Assembly (NCBI GenBank): GCA_046595225.1
Contig: JBKJPJ010000072.1
Coordinates: 1 to 24,000, forward strand
DNA: 24,000 bases
Origin: Candidatus Saccharimonadales bacterium
GTDB lineage: Bacteria > Patescibacteriota > Saccharimonadia > Saccharimonadales > OMJO01
Direction: 5' to 3'
The notes under the pieces were generated by a model. It was not told where the DNA came from. It saw nothing but the letters and a program-made list of their open reading frames with translations, and did not search any database. The position numbers and the translations under genes were made by a program. Below, piece after piece: positions 22,012 through 24,000 of the stretch (positions are counted from its first letter, which is position 1; each line of letters starts with the position of its first letter).

Positions 22012-22698
22012 ATGAAAAAGGCGGCTGGTAGCATAACCACCCTCAGGCGATCCCGTCATGTACTGACGGCACTGGGGATTGCCAATACTGTGAGTGTAAG
22101 TCTTTTTGTGATGCGTATCATTGGAGCCCACTCTACGCGCTATAACTTTTTGGTATGGAATTTAATCTTAGCCTGGGTCCCGGTGGTATTAATTTTTTGG
22201 CTCAAACGCCGCCTACCGACCAGTCGTTGGCTGAGCTCACTGAATATTATGATAACTCTGTTATATGTGGCTTTTCTGCCTAATAGTTTTTATCTGGTCA
22301 GCGACCTTGTCCACCTGCATGCTACCGGAGAAGTAAATATTCTGTTCGATGCGGTACTATTTGCCTCATTCATTTTCAATGGCTTTATTGGTGGAATGCT
22401 GAGTTTATACCTCATACATGTGGAACTCCTTAAAAGGCTGAGCCGGGAGCGCGCCCATCAAATTATTGGCGGGATAATCTTAATTTCTAGTTTTGCGATT
22501 TATTTAGGACGAAATTTACGCTGGAGTACTTGGGACCTGCTGCTCAGCCCGGCCGGCTTGATTTTTGACGTCAGTGAACCACTTCTGAACCCTGTTGCTC
22601 ATCCGCAGGCGTTCCTCACCACGGTAACCTTTTTTATGCTCATTAGTAGTATGTATTTCGTTGCCTGGCAGCTTATAATGGCAATAAGAAATGAATAA
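22012..22698 (+). CDS. Polytopic membrane protein, probably DUF1361 family, 228 aa
   Basis: WNLILAWVPV and LPNSFYLVSDLVHL resemble the conserved WN(L)(F/I)LA.(I/V)P and PNAPY..TD..HL motifs I recall for DUF1361. TGgTACAAT 21994..22002 lies 9 nt upstream. Confidence 0.55.
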   Translation: MKKAAGSITTLRRSRHVLTALGIANTVSVSLFVMRIIGAHSTRYNFLVWNLILAWVPVVLIFWLKRRLPTSRWLSSLNIMITLLYVAFLPNSFYLVSDLVHLHATGEVNILFDAVLFASFIFNGFIGGMLSLYLIHVELLKRLSRERAHQIIGGIILISSFAIYLGRNLRWSTWDLLLSPAGLIFDVSEPLLNPVAHPQAFLTTVTFFMLISSMYFVAWQLIMAIRNE

Positions 22699-22700
22699 GC

Positions 22701-23438
22701 ATGAGTAAGAACAGCGTTGGTTTTGTTGGTTTTGGCGATTTCGCTCAACTCCTCATCAAAGAATTGGGTGGTTTGTCTGAGATTTACGTAAGTACCCGGC
22801 AAAGTAACCCCGATCCTAAGGGGCTCAAAATTACTTTTGCCGATGATGCCAAAGTACTCTCTTGTAACACAATTATTCCATGTATGCCTGTTCAGGCTTT
22901 GGAGCAATATTTCACCGACAATAAGCAGTTAATTAATCCCAAAGCTATTGTAGTAGATGTTTCTTCGGTAAAAGTTAGGCCTGTCGAAATCCTCACCCGG
23001 GTACTGCCTGAATCTGTACAGATTATCGCCACGCACCCTCTATTTGGACCAGCCAGTGCCAAGCATGGCCTCAAAGGCCAAAAAATTATGATGTATCCGG
23101 TTAGAATATCCAAGATAACCTATGCACTTTCAAAGCAATTTGTTCAGCGTAAACTTCATTTAGAAATTATCGAATGTACGCCCGAGGAACATGATCAAAT
23201 GATGGCCTATGTGTTAGGGCTGAGCCACTACATCGGCAGGGCCATGCAGATAATGGATATTCCCGAAACAAAGCTGGCAACGAAAGCCTACTTAGATCTG
23301 GTTGATATGCGCAATATACAGGCTAACGATAGCTGGGAACTATTCCAGTCAATCATGTTCGAGAATCAATTCTCGGGAATTGTTCACGAGCGTTTCAAAA
23401 TGGCAATTGCTGAACTCGACCAAAAACTTGGCCTCTAG
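22701..23438 (+). CDS. Prephenate/arogenate dehydrogenase family protein (TyrA-like), 245 aa
   Basis: N-terminal Rossmann motif VGFVGFGDFAQ and the family signature ATHPLFGP (HP(M/L)FGP). The start is 2 nt after the upstream stop, suggesting translational coupling. Confidence 0.75.
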   Translation: MSKNSVGFVGFGDFAQLLIKELGGLSEIYVSTRQSNPDPKGLKITFADDAKVLSCNTIIPCMPVQALEQYFTDNKQLINPKAIVVDVSSVKVRPVEILTRVLPESVQIIATHPLFGPASAKHGLKGQKIMMYPVRISKITYALSKQFVQRKLHLEIIECTPEEHDQMMAYVLGLSHYIGRAMQIMDIPETKLATKAYLDLVDMRNIQANDSWELFQSIMFENQFSGIVHERFKMAIAELDQKLGL

Positions 23439-23462
23439 CTCTCTGTTATACTGAATACAACT

Positions 23463-24000
23463 ATGGAGCAGGTGAGACAAATAATTGCTGATGCATGCAA
23501 AGATTTATTCAATGTCGAGGTTGAGGTGGTACTTACACGGACGGATGAACAATTTGGTGACTACGCGACTAACGTAGCATTACAGCTGGCTCAGCAGCTG
23601 GGTAAAAATCCCCAAGAGATTGCCCAACTACTTTCAGCCAAAATAACCTCACCACATATTGCAAAAACAGAAGTTGCCGGCCCCGGATTTATAAATATCA
23701 CACTAAACGATGGCGTGCTTTTGGGGATGCTGAAAACCGGGACTGCCCAAACCTATGTTGGCAAAAAAGTCGTTGCCGAATATTCCGATCCTAATCCCTT
23801 CAAGGTACTCCATGCCGGACACTTGTATACCAGCGTAGTGGGCGATGCAATAGCTAACTTGTTTGCAGCCGCTGGTGCCACGGTACATCGGGTCAACTTT
23901 GGTGGCGATGTAGGCCGCCACGTCGGCCAGACTATGTGGGCCATCTTGCAGGAACTCGGTGGAGAGAATCCAGAAAAACTGGGTGAAATACCTGAAAACG
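23463..24000 (+). CDS. argS: Arginyl-tRNA synthetase, N-terminal 179 codons (continues beyond the window)
   Basis: Not in the ORF track because there is no stop in the window. My translation is MEQVRQIIADACKDLFNVEVEVVLTRTDEQFGDYATNVALQLAQ...VAGPGFINITL...EYSDPNPFKVLHAGHL. FGDY.TN.A, AGPGFIN and the HIGH-type HAGH are ArgRS hallmarks. TGtTATACT 23444..23452 lies upstream. Confidence 0.9.
   Translation, partial: MEQVRQIIADACKDLFNVEVEVVLTRTDEQFGDYATNVALQLAQQLGKNPQEIAQLLSAKITSPHIAKTEVAGPGFINITLNDGVLLGMLKTGTAQTYVGKKVVAEYSDPNPFKVLHAGHLYTSVVGDAIANLFAAAGATVHRVNFGGDVGRHVGQTMWAILQELGGENPEKLGEIPEN

Noticed and set aside
23703-23944. Minus-strand ORFs 23703..23921 and 23753..23944
   Set aside because: They are antisense to the argS N-terminal coding region, which carries clear ArgRS motifs.
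1-24000. CRISPR arrays, rRNA genes, transposases/integrases, prophage blocks
   Set aside because: I saw no regularly spaced direct repeats, no rRNA-like sequence, and no ORF with DDE, tyrosine-recombinase or serine-recombinase motifs that I could recognise by eye.

Overview
This 24 kb window is compact, gene-dense bacterial chromosome using the standard genetic code (TGA is a stop at 1640..1642). The gene content is GroES/GroEL behind CIRCE operators, ValRS, ArgRS, TsaD, a short MurE-type ligase, an archaeal-type PGI/PMI, many small ORFans and almost no biosynthesis. That looks like a reduced-genome Patescibacteria/CPR (Saccharibacteria-like) organism, but the taxonomic call is inference.

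I support 31 CDS, 2 tRNAs (Arg-GCG, Ser-CGA), two CIRCE operators, several consensus promoters and two intrinsic terminators. Three of the CDS are absent from the ORF track: a PIN toxin fragment at the left edge, a 58-aa membrane peptide at 3977..4153, and argS running off the right edge. I saw no rRNA, CRISPR array, transposase or integrase.

Most interesting observations:
1. A divergent two-gene ORFan locus (12835..14595) sits just upstream of groESL. It has back-to-back promoters, a 54-bp near-perfect palindrome, a flanking 13-bp inverted repeat, atypical composition and a Cys/His-rich protein with faint HNH-like motifs.
2. A tight three-gene operon (20103..21919) combines a CDP-alcohol phosphatidyltransferase, a PHP phosphoesterase and an archaeal CarS-type (CDP-archaeol synthase family) protein.
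3. At least 14 genes have a (TGn)TAnnnT -10 box only 6-10 nt upstream of the start codon, which implies pervasive leaderless transcription.
4. Mutually exclusive hairpins with a U-run lie upstream of murE.
5. Two PIN-toxin modules each sit about 65 nt downstream of a tRNA gene.

All functional calls come from motif recognition by eye. No database search was run.
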